This document shows, one piece after another, positions 51,907 to 61,523 of a stretch of 64,000 nucleotides of DNA. The stretch's first letter is position 1. Every line of letters begins with the position of its first letter. The stretch comes from an uncultured Clostridia bacterium. GTDB taxonomy: Bacteria > Bacillota > Clostridia > TANB77 > CAG-508. The stretch covers positions 407-64,406 of the forward strand of contig CALXRX010000008.1 in assembly GCA_944390975.1 (NCBI GenBank), given 5' to 3'. Both the position numbers and the translations under genes were made by a program. The notes under the pieces are model-generated. The model was not told where the DNA came from. It ran no database searches and worked only from the letters and a program-made list of their open reading frames with translations.

Positions 51907-52440
51907 CTAGAAATACCTTGTTAATATTTTGCTTCCTCTGAATGATTCTTCTATATAATATCCTACTTTTTGAAGTAGTGGATATAGAATTATTGTTAAT
52001 ATTACGTTATATAATATTTCTATACAAAGAATTTTTATAAATGGGATTATTTCTACATTTATGGATACTATTATGGCATTTAGTATGTAACTTCCTATTT
52101 CAAAAGTTGCTGTTGCTACTATTGTCATTAATATTATTGTTATTCTGCTATCTTTTGAAAAGTTTTTGTCTAGAATTCCTCCCATTGCTCCTATTGCTCC
52201 TAACATTATTCCTGATATTCCTATTTTTTTACTTGTGAAAAAGTCTAGACATATTCCTAAAAATATGCCCATAGGTATGCCTACTCTTTTTCCTGCAAAT
52301 AGACCTAAAAATAGAATTAATATGACATATAAGTTTGGTTGTATTCCTGATATATTAAACCAATTAAAGAAGTTTACTTGTAAAAAGTATAATACTATAA
52401 ATACTAATATTATTGCTAAAATTATTAATGTATTTTTCAT
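51907..52440 (-). CDS. mreD: Rod shape-determining protein MreD
   Basis: 177-aa polytopic membrane protein in the mreBCD position. Confidence 0.8.
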   Translation of the reverse strand: MKNTLIILAIILVFIVLYFLQVNFFNWFNISGIQPNLYVILILFLGLFAGKRVGIPMGIFLGICLDFFTSKKIGISGIMLGAIGAMGGILDKNFSKDSRITIILMTIVATATFEIGSYILNAIIVSINVEIIPFIKILCIEILYNVILTIILYPLLQKVGYYIEESFRGSKILTRYF

Positions 52441-52482
52441 GTTTCCTCCTTTAATTTGTTTAATATTTTTATTATATAGTTT

Positions 52483-53295
52483 TTACTCAGTAATTACTAA
52501 TACTGTTTCTACTTTATCAAAATCTACTGCTGGCTCTATTATAGCACTTCTATCTACTATATTGCTTGAGTTTTGTATCGTTTTAACAGTTCCAATTTTT
52601 ATTCCTTTTGGATAAATACCTCCCATTCCAGATGTTTCTAAAATGTCTCCTTGTATTAAATTGGCATTTGTTGGAATGTATGTTGCTTTTAACATTCCAC
52701 TTTCTTCAAGTGTTCCTTTACATATTAAGTTGTCCCTAGATGTTGATAGTGTTGCACTTACTGTGCTTGCTGTATCTATTATGGTTTGTACTTTTGCAGT
52801 AGTGTCTGTGGTTGAAATTATATATCCTACTAGCCCTTTTTCTGATATTACTGTCATATTGTTTTCTATCCCATCATTTTTTCCTACATTTATTACAAAT
52901 ACGTTGCTATAATTGCTTATATCTTTACTAATAATGTAGGCTGCTTTTGTTTTATAGTTTCCATATTGCTCTGATAAATCTAAGTATTCTTTTAGTGTTG
53001 TATTTTCTGCTTTTACAATTTCTAGTTCTCTTAAATTGGCTTCTAGTTCACTATTTCTTTGCTTTAATTCCTCATTTTCTTGTTGTAATTTACTAATATC
53101 GGCAAAGAATGTATTATTACCTGTTATTTTATTTTTTAAATAGGTTATTCCATTTTGTATTGGCATTACTACTGTAGAAATTACATTTTCAATGTGTGAT
53201 AAATTTTCTACATTCATATTAGATATAAATACTAATATTACTAATATTAGTATAGTTATTATTATACCTACTAAGCCTGTCTTTTTTTTATACAT
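52483..53295 (-). CDS. mreC: Rod shape-determining protein MreC
   Basis: 270 aa. N-terminal TM, a coiled coil, then a beta-barrel region with GDILETSGMGGIYPKGIKIG. Confidence 0.9.
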   Translation of the reverse strand: MYKKKTGLVGIIITILILVILVFISNMNVENLSHIENVISTVVMPIQNGITYLKNKITGNNTFFADISKLQQENEELKQRNSELEANLRELEIVKAENTTLKEYLDLSEQYGNYKTKAAYIISKDISNYSNVFVINVGKNDGIENNMTVISEKGLVGYIISTTDTTAKVQTIIDTASTVSATLSTSRDNLICKGTLEESGMLKATYIPTNANLIQGDILETSGMGGIYPKGIKIGTVKTIQNSSNIVDRSAIIEPAVDFDKVETVLVITE

Positions 53296-53363
53296 TTTTG
53301 CCTCCTGTCTTTAAAAATATTTAATTTCTTATTGACTTTTTATAGCTGGTCTTTTTTAATTAA

Positions 53364-54395
53364 TTATCTTCTTCTACGTGCATTTATTAATACTGATTTT
53401 AGTCTGTCTAGATCTTCTAAGGTTTTTCCTGTTCCTTTTACTACACAATCTAATGGATCTTGTGCAATGTACACAGGCATTCCTGTTTTTTGACTTAATA
53501 ATTTGTCTAAATTCTTTATTAATGCTCCTCCACCTGCAAGTACTATTCCCTTTTCCATGATGTCTGATGCTAGTTCTGGTGGTGTTTTTTCTAATGTTGT
53601 TTTTACAATTTCTACAATTTCATTTATTGATTCTTGCATTGCTGTTTGTATTTGAGTAGATGTAACTGTTACATTTTTTGGTAATCCTGTTGTTAAATCT
53701 CTTCCTCTTATTTCTTTTGACATTTCAGTCATGAGTGGTAGTGCACATCCTATTTCTATTTTTATTTCTTCTGCTGTTGTTTCTCCTATTGCTAAATTCA
53801 TTTCTTTTTTTATATAGTTTACTATGTCTTCATCTAACTCGTCTCCTGCTACTCTTAAAGAATAACTAACTACAATTCCTCCTAATGATACTACTGCAAC
53901 TTCTGTTGTTCCTCCTCCTATATCTACAACGATGCTTCCACTTGGCTCTGATACGTCTAAGTTTGAGCCTATTGCTGCTGCCATTGGCTCTTCTATTAAG
54001 TATACTTCTCTTGCTCCTGCTTGCATTACAGCTTCTTCTACTGCTCTTTCTTCAACTTCTGTAATTCCTGATGGTACGCCTACTACTACCCTAGGTTTCC
54101 CAACATTGTATTTTCTGCATACTTTTGAAATAATGTTTTTTAACATTAGTTGTGTTGCTGTAAAATCTGCAATTACACCGTCTTTTAATGGTCTTATTGC
54201 TTTTATTTGGTCTGGTGTTCTTCCTAACATATCTTTTGCTTCATTTCCTGTTGCTAGTATGTTTCCTGTTTTTCTATCTATTGCAACAACAGATGGCTCT
54301 TTTAATATTATCCCTTTTCCTTTTAAAGTAACTAACATATTTGCAGTTCCTAAATCTATTCCAATATCTTTACCGCCAATTCCAAAAAGTTTCAT
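53364..54395 (-). CDS. mreB: Rod shape-determining protein MreB
   Basis: 343 aa with actin-fold motifs [12 protein letters not shown] and [12 protein letters not shown]. Confidence 0.95.
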   Translation of the reverse strand: MKLFGIGGKDIGIDLGTANMLVTLKGKGIILKEPSVVAIDRKTGNILATGNEAKDMLGRTPDQIKAIRPLKDGVIADFTATQLMLKNIISKVCRKYNVGKPRVVVGVPSGITEVEERAVEEAVMQAGAREVYLIEEPMAAAIGSNLDVSEPSGSIVVDIGGGTTEVAVVSLGGIVVSYSLRVAGDELDEDIVNYIKKEMNLAIGETTAEEIKIEIGCALPLMTEMSKEIRGRDLTTGLPKNVTVTSTQIQTAMQESINEIVEIVKTTLEKTPPELASDIMEKGIVLAGGGALIKNLDKLLSQKTGMPVYIAQDPLDCVVKGTGKTLEDLDRLKSVLINARRRR

Positions 54396-54426
54396 TTCAT
54401 TTCCTTCCTTTCAATAGGGATTTAGT

Positions 54427-55134
54427 TTATTTTTTTATTTCCCTTTTTCTTTTTTCAAATATACTTCTAAACTCATTATTACCTATTATAACATGATCTA
54501 ATAGGGTTATTCCCATAACATCTGCACTTTCATAAATTCTATCTGTTACCCTATAATCTTCTTTACTTGGGGTTGTATCTCCACTTGGATGATTATGCAG
54601 AAGTATTATCTTTTGTGCTCCCATTTTTACTGGCTCTTCTAATATTATTTTGGGTTCTATTGCTGCAAAGTTTCCTCCGCCTAAAGCAATATCTACGATT
54701 TTAAGTAATATGTTTTTTGAATTTAATATTAATAGCTTTACGATTTCTCTTTTTTCAAACTTTAACTCATCCATAAATAAGTTTGCTACATCTTTTGTAT
54801 TTTTAATCACTATTTTTAATGAATTAACTGGTTTAGACATTCTTTTTGCTAGTTCACAAGTTGCTATAATTTGTATTGCTTTTACTTTTCCAATTCCTTT
54901 TATTTGTGTTAGTTCTTCTATTGATAATTCTTGCAAAAAACTTAAGTCTTTTTCTTTACTAATTCCTTTTAGTTTTAATATCTTTTGTGCAAGTCCTACT
55001 GACGTGTCTTCTTTTGTTCCGCATTTTATTATTATTGCTAATAGTTCTGAGTTAGAAAGAGATGCTGAGCCATACATTTCCATTTTTTCGTATGGTCTTT
55101 CTGATTCTGGAAGTTCTTTCATTTTTATTGACAT
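54427..55134 (-). CDS. radC: RadC-family JAB-domain protein
   Basis: 235 aa with an HhH region and the JAMM motif HNHPSGD. Confidence 0.9.
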   Translation of the reverse strand: MSIKMKELPESERPYEKMEMYGSASLSNSELLAIIIKCGTKEDTSVGLAQKILKLKGISKEKDLSFLQELSIEELTQIKGIGKVKAIQIIATCELAKRMSKPVNSLKIVIKNTKDVANLFMDELKFEKREIVKLLILNSKNILLKIVDIALGGGNFAAIEPKIILEEPVKMGAQKIILLHNHPSGDTTPSKEDYRVTDRIYESADVMGITLLDHVIIGNNEFRSIFEKRKREIKK

Positions 55135-55185
55135 ATTATTTTCCTTTCTTTACCCCCAGATTTTCCCTTTTTAATTTTTGTTTAA

Positions 55186-55443
55186 TTACACTTTTCTGTA
55201 TATGAATATTGATATTGCCATTCCTATTATGCTTGCTATGTTTATTTTTAGTTGTAGTCCAAATGTTAGTTTTATAATGTTTAAATCTAATGTAATTGGA
55301 TTAGCTAGTCCAAATTCTTGCCCATAAGATAACCACCATAAAAAATCTACTTTAGATGCTAATTCCCCTAATAATCCTCCTATTACAAGTCCTGATAATA
55401 TAAATACAATTAAAATCCATATATTTTTATCTCTTGTAGCCAT
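55186..55443 (-). CDS. Small membrane protein, DUF4321-like
   Basis: 85 aa with two TM helices, in the position next to radC that I recall as typical for Clostridia. Confidence 0.6.
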   Translation of the reverse strand: MATRDKNIWILIVFILSGLVIGGLLGELASKVDFLWWLSYGQEFGLANPITLDLNIIKLTFGLQLKINIASIIGMAISIFIYRKV

Positions 55444-55752
55444 TTTTTCCTCCTTTTAATGCATTGTTTTTTTCTATTTTCTTTTGTCCCTTTTTTTCTT
55501 ATAGTATTATATATGCATATAGTTTTTTTTTCAAGTAATCTACTGGTAATTTTTTTATTTTTTTATCGGTTTTTTATTTTATTTTTAATAAGTTTATGTT
55601 ATTATTTTAGTACACTTTTATTTGCTTTATAATATAATGTATTACTGGTAATTTTTTATGCTTTTTTGTAAGTTACCAAAAATTGTTCATTTAAAATTGC
55701 ATCTTGTAGTAGTATAATTAAATTATAGTAATCTTTGGAGGTAAATGTATAA

Positions 55753-56388
55753 ATGAAGTTAGAAAAACTAAATGATGATAAGATTAGAATTACGCTGAAT
55801 TTGGATGATTTAAAGGAAAATGATATTGATTTCCATACTTTTATGTCTAATTCTATTGAATCTCAAGAGTTGTTTTTAGATATGCTTGATAAGGCAGAAA
55901 AAGAACTTGGTTTTGTTACCGATGATTATAAAGTTATGATTGAAGCTTTGGCTATGACTAATGGTAATTTTGTTCTTACTGTTACAAGACTTGAGCCTGA
56001 TAAAAATAATAAAGCTACATATAACAAGAAAAAGGTGACTATTAAAAGAAAATCATCTCCTATTAATGCTAGAAAAGCTATATATTGTTTTAATTCTTTT
56101 GATGAATTCTGTAGTTATTGTAATTTTTTAAATAGTAATATGCTAAAAAATATGAATGCTTTTGCTGATAGTATTACTTTATTTGAATATAAGGAAAAAT
56201 ATTACTTAGTATTTACAAATATAGTTGTTAATAATTCATTATTAAAACTATTTTGTTCATCTATTACTGAGTTTGCAAGTTTTGTAAGTGATGCTGATTT
56301 GTTTGAAAGTAAATTATTGGAATACGGAAATGTGATTATGAAAGATTCTGCAATTGATGATTGTTTAAAGTATTTTTGTGCTAAATAA
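55753..56388 (+). CDS. mecA: Adaptor protein MecA
   Basis: 211 aa. N-terminus MKLEKLNDDKIRITLNLDDL is typical of MecA. Terminator hairpin at 56391-56425. Confidence 0.85.
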   Translation: MKLEKLNDDKIRITLNLDDLKENDIDFHTFMSNSIESQELFLDMLDKAEKELGFVTDDYKVMIEALAMTNGNFVLTVTRLEPDKNNKATYNKKKVTIKRKSSPINARKAIYCFNSFDEFCSYCNFLNSNMLKNMNAFADSITLFEYKEKYYLVFTNIVVNNSLLKLFCSSITEFASFVSDADLFESKLLEYGNVIMKDSAIDDCLKYFCAK

Positions 56389-56434
56389 ACTAACCGACCT
56401 ATTATATTAGGTCGGTTAGTTTATTTATTATATT

Positions 56435-57415
56435 TTAATACAAATAATTTTGTGGATTTTGTGCTACTCCATTTACTCTTATTTCTAAATGTAAATGATT
56501 TCCAAAAGAACGTCCTGTATTTCCCACAGCTGCTATTATATCCCCTTGTGATACTTTTTGTCCAACTTTTACATATAAAGCACTACAATGGCCATAAGCT
56601 GTTTCAACACCATTTCCATGTGATATTACAATATAGTTTCCATATCCACCATTATATCCTGTACTTGATGTTATTACTGTTCCTGATGCTGCTGCTTTTA
56701 TTTTTGTTCCTTTTGCAGCTCCTATATCTATTCCTTTATGTGTACTTCCCCATCTTCCTCCAAATCTTGAGGTAACTGTTCCTGATATTGGTTTTATTAA
56801 ACTGATTCCTAATGGAATTTTTTTACTTGAACTATTTACACTTGAAGCGTATTTTACTGCTGACTTTGTTTGTAATGGTACTAGTTCTACTTTTTCATAT
56901 AACTTCGAAATAACTTCTTCTTTTGTTACTAATTGTTTTTCTTCAGCTTCATATTTTTCAAGTATTGTAAGTTCATCTTTATTTTTACTATTTTTTTCTT
57001 TTAATTCGTTTATGCAACTTTCTGCTTCTTCAAATGTTGCAACATATACTTTTTCTTCACCTGCATCCAAAATTGCATAATATTTATAATATGGTGTTCC
57101 AGCTTCTTTTACTATATTATATATTTCATCATCATTTGTTTGAATATCTTTCTTTAATAGGCATAAACTATATTCTGGTAAAGTGTCTAGCTGAACAAAT
57201 GCCATGTTGCCACCATCGCCGTTTTCAATGTAATCATTTATTTTTTGTTGTAAGTTGCTTTTGTCATTAGTGTATCCTATAAATTCTCCATTAAAAGAAA
57301 CGCTATATGTAGGTTTATATATAAATGCTACTGCTCCAATTATTAACAAAAGTGCTATTACACATACGGAAATAAACTTTATAGACGTTCTAATATGTAT
57401 TAGTATCTTTTTCAT
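56435..57415 (-). CDS. M23-family metallopeptidase with an N-terminal TM anchor
   Basis: 326 aa. Contains HKGIDI and GNHLHLEIRVNG zinc-ligand motifs. Confidence 0.9.
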   Translation of the reverse strand: MKKILIHIRTSIKFISVCVIALLLIIGAVAFIYKPTYSVSFNGEFIGYTNDKSNLQQKINDYIENGDGGNMAFVQLDTLPEYSLCLLKKDIQTNDDEIYNIVKEAGTPYYKYYAILDAGEEKVYVATFEEAESCINELKEKNSKNKDELTILEKYEAEEKQLVTKEEVISKLYEKVELVPLQTKSAVKYASSVNSSSKKIPLGISLIKPISGTVTSRFGGRWGSTHKGIDIGAAKGTKIKAAASGTVITSSTGYNGGYGNYIVISHGNGVETAYGHCSALYVKVGQKVSQGDIIAAVGNTGRSFGNHLHLEIRVNGVAQNPQNYLY

Positions 57416-57618
57416 ATCTTTTTTATTTAATACTCTCCTTATTTTTAATTATGATGTTATTTTATATTAACTATTTTTTTTTCACAATAAGTACATAAGG
57501 TTGTATTTGGGATTTAATCTCAATTATTTTAATATATCTCTTTTTTTCTTTTGTTATCTTCCTATCTTGCATTTTGTAATATTTTTGTAATATACACATC
57601 TAATATTATATTACAATA

Positions 57619-59052
57619 TTAGATTATTTTAGATGTACACCACCAAGTATACTTTCCCGAACTTCCACTACCATTAATTGAATATGTAAAAGCTGTTCCT
57701 GCTGTTGCATATTTAAAGTATATTGAAAATCTTTTTCCAGATGCAGTTCCATTTGCTGGACTATGCAATTCTTTTTTAGTTGTCCCTCCACTACAACTTG
57801 TAGTTATAGAATAGTTAGCTGAACAATCATATATGATAACAACAAGATATAAACCATTACTTGGAGCTGTTCCGCATGCTCTTGATGTTCCTAATTGTGT
57901 ATTAACATCATATTCTGCTCCAATTATACTAGCATTTGAAAAATCTAATAAAGAAGGGTTAGAATATATTGCTGATAATCCAGCATTGTATCCATTAGTA
58001 TAACTTGGTCTTGAGTCTAATGTTCCTCCACTGTAATACCCTGCTGGTACTGTATATGTTGTATTGCTTCCTGACCAATTTAAATTTCCTATATTTGCCA
58101 TTGTTCCCGTTATTTTATTTCCATTTACCCATGCTGTATATCCACTTAATATTTGCCCTGCTCCTGCTGTTGCTGATGTTTGGCTTGAAAGTGAATTTGC
58201 TGTTACTTTTCCACTTCCATTATGGTATCCTGCTGGTATTGTGTAACTTCCTCCTGCATTTAATGTTTGATTTATTGCTCCTCTGTTTGCCATTGTTCCT
58301 GTTAGTCCTACACTACTTGAGTTTGAAAATGTTTTTCCACTTAATACATCTGCTACTGTTGCATTTCCTGTTGCTTGCTTTTTCTGTAGTTCTGCTATTT
58401 GAGTATTTAAATCATTTATTGTGTTTTGTTGTTGTTCTATCGTTTTATTTAAGCTATCTACTTGCTGTGTTAAGTTATCTACTTGTTCTTGTAATATTGC
58501 ACTATTTCCTTGTTCTTGTTCTATTTGATTATTTAAATCTTCTATTGTTCCTTCTAGTTCTGTTTTGGTATTGTTTAGGTCTTCTACTGTTTTTTCTAGT
58601 TCTTCTACTTTTTGTTGTAGTTCTGCTAGTTCTTCATCTGTTGCTGCATCTCCTCCTGTTGTTCCTCCACCTTGATTATATATTTCATCTATCTTTATTT
58701 CATATCCTTCATCTGTTTTTATTGTGTTTCCATCTTCTTGTAGTTCTCCATAATTTCCTGCTATTTCTTCTAATTCTTCTTTTGTTAGCCCTGTTCCTCC
58801 TTTTTCTAGTTCTTTATCTAATATTGCTAGTTGCATATCTTCTTTTATTGCTGCTATTTTCTGGGCTTCTTTTGCATTTACTGCTTGGGTTATTATTCCT
58901 TTATCTCCTAGAGTTAGACTTAATGTTACTCCTGCTAGTATTAATAGTATTATTATTGTGATTACTAGCGAGATTAGTGTTATTCCTTTTACTTGTTTTA
59001 CTAGCTTTTTTCTTACTTCTTTTAAGTTACTATTTCTCAATTTTTTCCTCAT
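57619..59052 (-). CDS. Paralog B of the surface-fibre family (unique C-terminal ~130 aa)
   Basis: 477 aa. Same N-terminal segment KGITLISLVITIIILLILAGVTL, coiled coil and two GTM.N.G repeats as paralog A. Diverges after SRPSYTNGYNAG. Confidence 0.8.
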   Translation of the reverse strand: MRKKLRNSNLKEVRKKLVKQVKGITLISLVITIIILLILAGVTLSLTLGDKGIITQAVNAKEAQKIAAIKEDMQLAILDKELEKGGTGLTKEELEEIAGNYGELQEDGNTIKTDEGYEIKIDEIYNQGGGTTGGDAATDEELAELQQKVEELEKTVEDLNNTKTELEGTIEDLNNQIEQEQGNSAILQEQVDNLTQQVDSLNKTIEQQQNTINDLNTQIAELQKKQATGNATVADVLSGKTFSNSSSVGLTGTMANRGAINQTLNAGGSYTIPAGYHNGSGKVTANSLSSQTSATAGAGQILSGYTAWVNGNKITGTMANIGNLNWSGSNTTYTVPAGYYSGGTLDSRPSYTNGYNAGLSAIYSNPSLLDFSNASIIGAEYDVNTQLGTSRACGTAPSNGLYLVVIIYDCSANYSITTSCSGGTTKKELHSPANGTASGKRFSIYFKYATAGTAFTYSINGSGSSGKYTWWCTSKII

Positions 59053-59127
59053 CAGTTCCTCCTATTTTTTCTATTTACTTTTTTCTTTTTCTCAATCTAA
59101 AATATATATTTTGAATTTTTTAAAAAA

Positions 59128-59174
59128 CTGCGTAAGCGACCAAACGAATTTCGTTAGAAACGTGTGCGATTTGG
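59128..59174 (-). promoter_or_regulatory. Second copy of the conserved GC-rich leader element, upstream of paralog B
   Basis: Aligns with 3168-3213. The whole 5' region 59053-59297 is homologous to 3087-3314. Confidence 0.4.
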
Positions 59175-59202
59175 AGCAAGCTACATATTTTTCTTTTGAA
59201 GC

Positions 59203-59297
59203 AAAAAAATGACGAAGTTTATTTTTCGTCATTTTATCTTTCTATTATTCTATTTTCAATACTTTTGGGCTTTTTTAGTTATCACTTTTTTACATAA
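59203..59297 (-). repeat. Copy 4 of the terminator/promoter cassette, between paralogs C and B
   Basis: Hairpin at 59208-59233 with T7 on the minus strand. TTGAAA (59254-59259), 17 nt, TAAAAT (59231-59236). The -10 overlaps the 5' arm of the hairpin. Confidence 0.65.
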
Positions 59298-59384
59298 AAT
59301 TTTCTATTCTTCAAATATAATAACTAGCTTTTCCGCATTTATATCTTATAAAAGCTTTCTTTTTTTGGTTATCACCTATATACA

Positions 59385-60917
59385 TTAAAATGAAATACTT
59401 CTTGCTACCATTGCTGGTTGTTTTCCGTACGCAGATGCAGTAATTACTCCTCCTGAATTTCCTGTATATTTATAGATTTGTAATCTAACTGCTGAAGGAT
59501 ATGAAGAACCAGTAACACCATAATAATTTTCAGATACTAATGAAAGTGTTGCTGTTCCACTAGTTTTTGAAACTGATAATGTAGGATTTCCTGAAGCATT
59601 ATTATTGTTTGCAGATGCAGATACAACTAAAATTCCATTACTACCACTTAAATTTAAAGTTAATGATATAGTTGTAGTACTACTTGCCATATTTTGATTA
59701 CTATTTCCACTAGCTAAATTCGGATTTGCTTTTCCAGCAGCTACACCTGCATTGTAACCATTGTTATATCCTGTCTTATAATTTGTTGAATTTGTATTTG
59801 CTCTATTATCTGCTGCTGTTACTCCTGCATTATATCCATTAGTATAACTTGGTCTTGAGTCTAATGTTCCTCCACTATAATATCCTGCTGGTACTGTATA
59901 TGTTGTATTGCTTCCTGACCAATTTAAATTTCCTCTATTTGGCATACTTCCTGTTACCTTACTTCCATTTACCCATGCTGTATATCCACTTAGTATTTGC
60001 CCTGCTCCTGCATTTGCTGAAGTTTGGCTTGCAAGTGTATTTGCTGTTACTTTTCCACTTCCATTATGGTATCCTGCTGGTATTGTGTAACTTCCTCCTG
60101 CATTTAAACTTTGGCTTACTGCTCCTCTGTTTGGCATTGTTCCTGTTAGTCCTACACTACTTGAGTTTGAAAATGTCTTTCCCTCTAATACATCTGCTAC
60201 TGTTGCATTTCCTGTTGATTGTTTATCTTTTAGGTCTGCTATCTGTGTGTTTAAATCATTTATTGTGTTTTGTTGTTGTTCTATTGTTTTATTTAAATTG
60301 TCTACTTGTTGTGTTAGATTGTTTACTTGTTCTTGTAATGCTGCACTATTTCCTTGTTCTTGTTCTATTTGGTTATTTAAATCTTCTATTGTTCCTTCTA
60401 ATTCTGTTTTGGTATTGTTTAAGTCTTCTACTGTTTTTTCTAGTTCTTCTACTTTTTGTTGTAATTCTGCTAGTTCTTCATCTGTTGCTGCATCTCCTCC
60501 TGATATTCCTCCACCTTGATTATATATTTCATCTATTTTTATTTCATACCCTTCATCTGTTTTTATTGTGTTTCCATCTTCTTGTAATTCTCCATAGTTT
60601 CCTGCTATTTCTTCTAATTCTTCCTGTGTTAGCCCTGTTCCTCCTTTTTCTAGTTCTTTATCTAATATTGCTAGTTGCATATCTTCTTTAATTGCTGCTA
60701 TTTCCTGGGCTTCTTTTGCTTTTTGTGCTTGAGTTATTATTCCTCTATCTCCTAGAGTTAAACTTAATGTTACTCCTGCTAGTATTAGCAATATTATTAT
60801 TGTTATTACTAGCGAAATTAAGGTTATTCCTTTTTCTTGTTTTATTATATTCTTGCTCATTTTCCTTATTACCTTTATTTCATTTTTTCTTATTTTCTTT
60901 TTCATACGTTCCTCCAA
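59385..60917 (-). CDS. Paralog C of the surface-fibre family (unique C-terminal ~130 aa)
   Basis: 510 aa with the same architecture. Longer basic leader MEERMKKKIRKNEIKVIRKMSKNIIKQEKG-ITLISL. Confidence 0.8.
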   Translation of the reverse strand: MEERMKKKIRKNEIKVIRKMSKNIIKQEKGITLISLVITIIILLILAGVTLSLTLGDRGIITQAQKAKEAQEIAAIKEDMQLAILDKELEKGGTGLTQEELEEIAGNYGELQEDGNTIKTDEGYEIKIDEIYNQGGGISGGDAATDEELAELQQKVEELEKTVEDLNNTKTELEGTIEDLNNQIEQEQGNSAALQEQVNNLTQQVDNLNKTIEQQQNTINDLNTQIADLKDKQSTGNATVADVLEGKTFSNSSSVGLTGTMPNRGAVSQSLNAGGSYTIPAGYHNGSGKVTANTLASQTSANAGAGQILSGYTAWVNGSKVTGSMPNRGNLNWSGSNTTYTVPAGYYSGGTLDSRPSYTNGYNAGVTAADNRANTNSTNYKTGYNNGYNAGVAAGKANPNLASGNSNQNMASSTTTISLTLNLSGSNGILVVSASANNNNASGNPTLSVSKTSGTATLSLVSENYYGVTGSSYPSAVRLQIYKYTGNSGGVITASAYGKQPAMVARSISF

Positions 60918-61047
60918 CTTATTTTTTATTTTTTATTTTTATTATTCTCTTTTTTATATTATTTATGTACTTTATTTCAATTGTTTTTTATAGTTCATTA
61001 TAAATAATTCTTTTTTATTTTAAGATTCTTGTATACCTTACGTCGAT

Positions 61048-61076
61048 ATTTTATAATTACTTATATTACTTGTCAA
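61048..61076 (-). promoter_or_regulatory. Sigma-A-type promoter of paralog C; a homologous but weaker site lies upstream of paralog D near 63335-63365
   Basis: Coding-strand TTGACA, 17 nt, TAAAAT. The surrounding ~90 bp are conserved between 61000-61090 and 63290-63375. Confidence 0.55.
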
Positions 61077-61172
61077 GCCTTTCTATTTTTTTCTTAATTA
61101 TTTTCCACAAAAAAAGATATATATTTACTTTTTTAATATATATCTTTTTTCTATGTTATTTAATTTTAAATT

Positions 61173-61469
61173 CTATTTGCATATATTGTTTAACTTTGTT
61201 GCATCTTTGAAACCTTGTTTATAGTATTTCTTATTATAATAAGCCATTGTGATATTATAATCCATTATTAAATTTTCAATATTTGATGTTAGTTGTTTCT
61301 TTATTAGATTATATTGAGTTGGTATAGCAGATATTAATTTATCAATTTCTTCTTTTTTTATGTGTTTTACTTTATCTTTTAGTATATCAAAATCTTGTTG
61401 GATGCTTTCCAAACTTTTTTCTTCTCTATACTCAAAAACTCTATCTATTAAATCATATTCATTTTCCAT
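61173..61469 (-). CDS. Hypothetical 98-aa helical protein embedded in the paralog cluster
   Basis: ORF with its own terminator hairpin at 61111-61150. I recognise no motif. Confidence 0.5.
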   Translation of the reverse strand: MENEYDLIDRVFEYREEKSLESIQQDFDILKDKVKHIKKEEIDKLISAIPTQYNLIKKQLTSNIENLIMDYNITMAYYNKKYYKQGFKDATKLNNICK

Positions 61470-61523
61470 ACTATCACCTAATAATAGTATTAGTAGATTC
61501 TATATTTTTTATACATTTTTATT

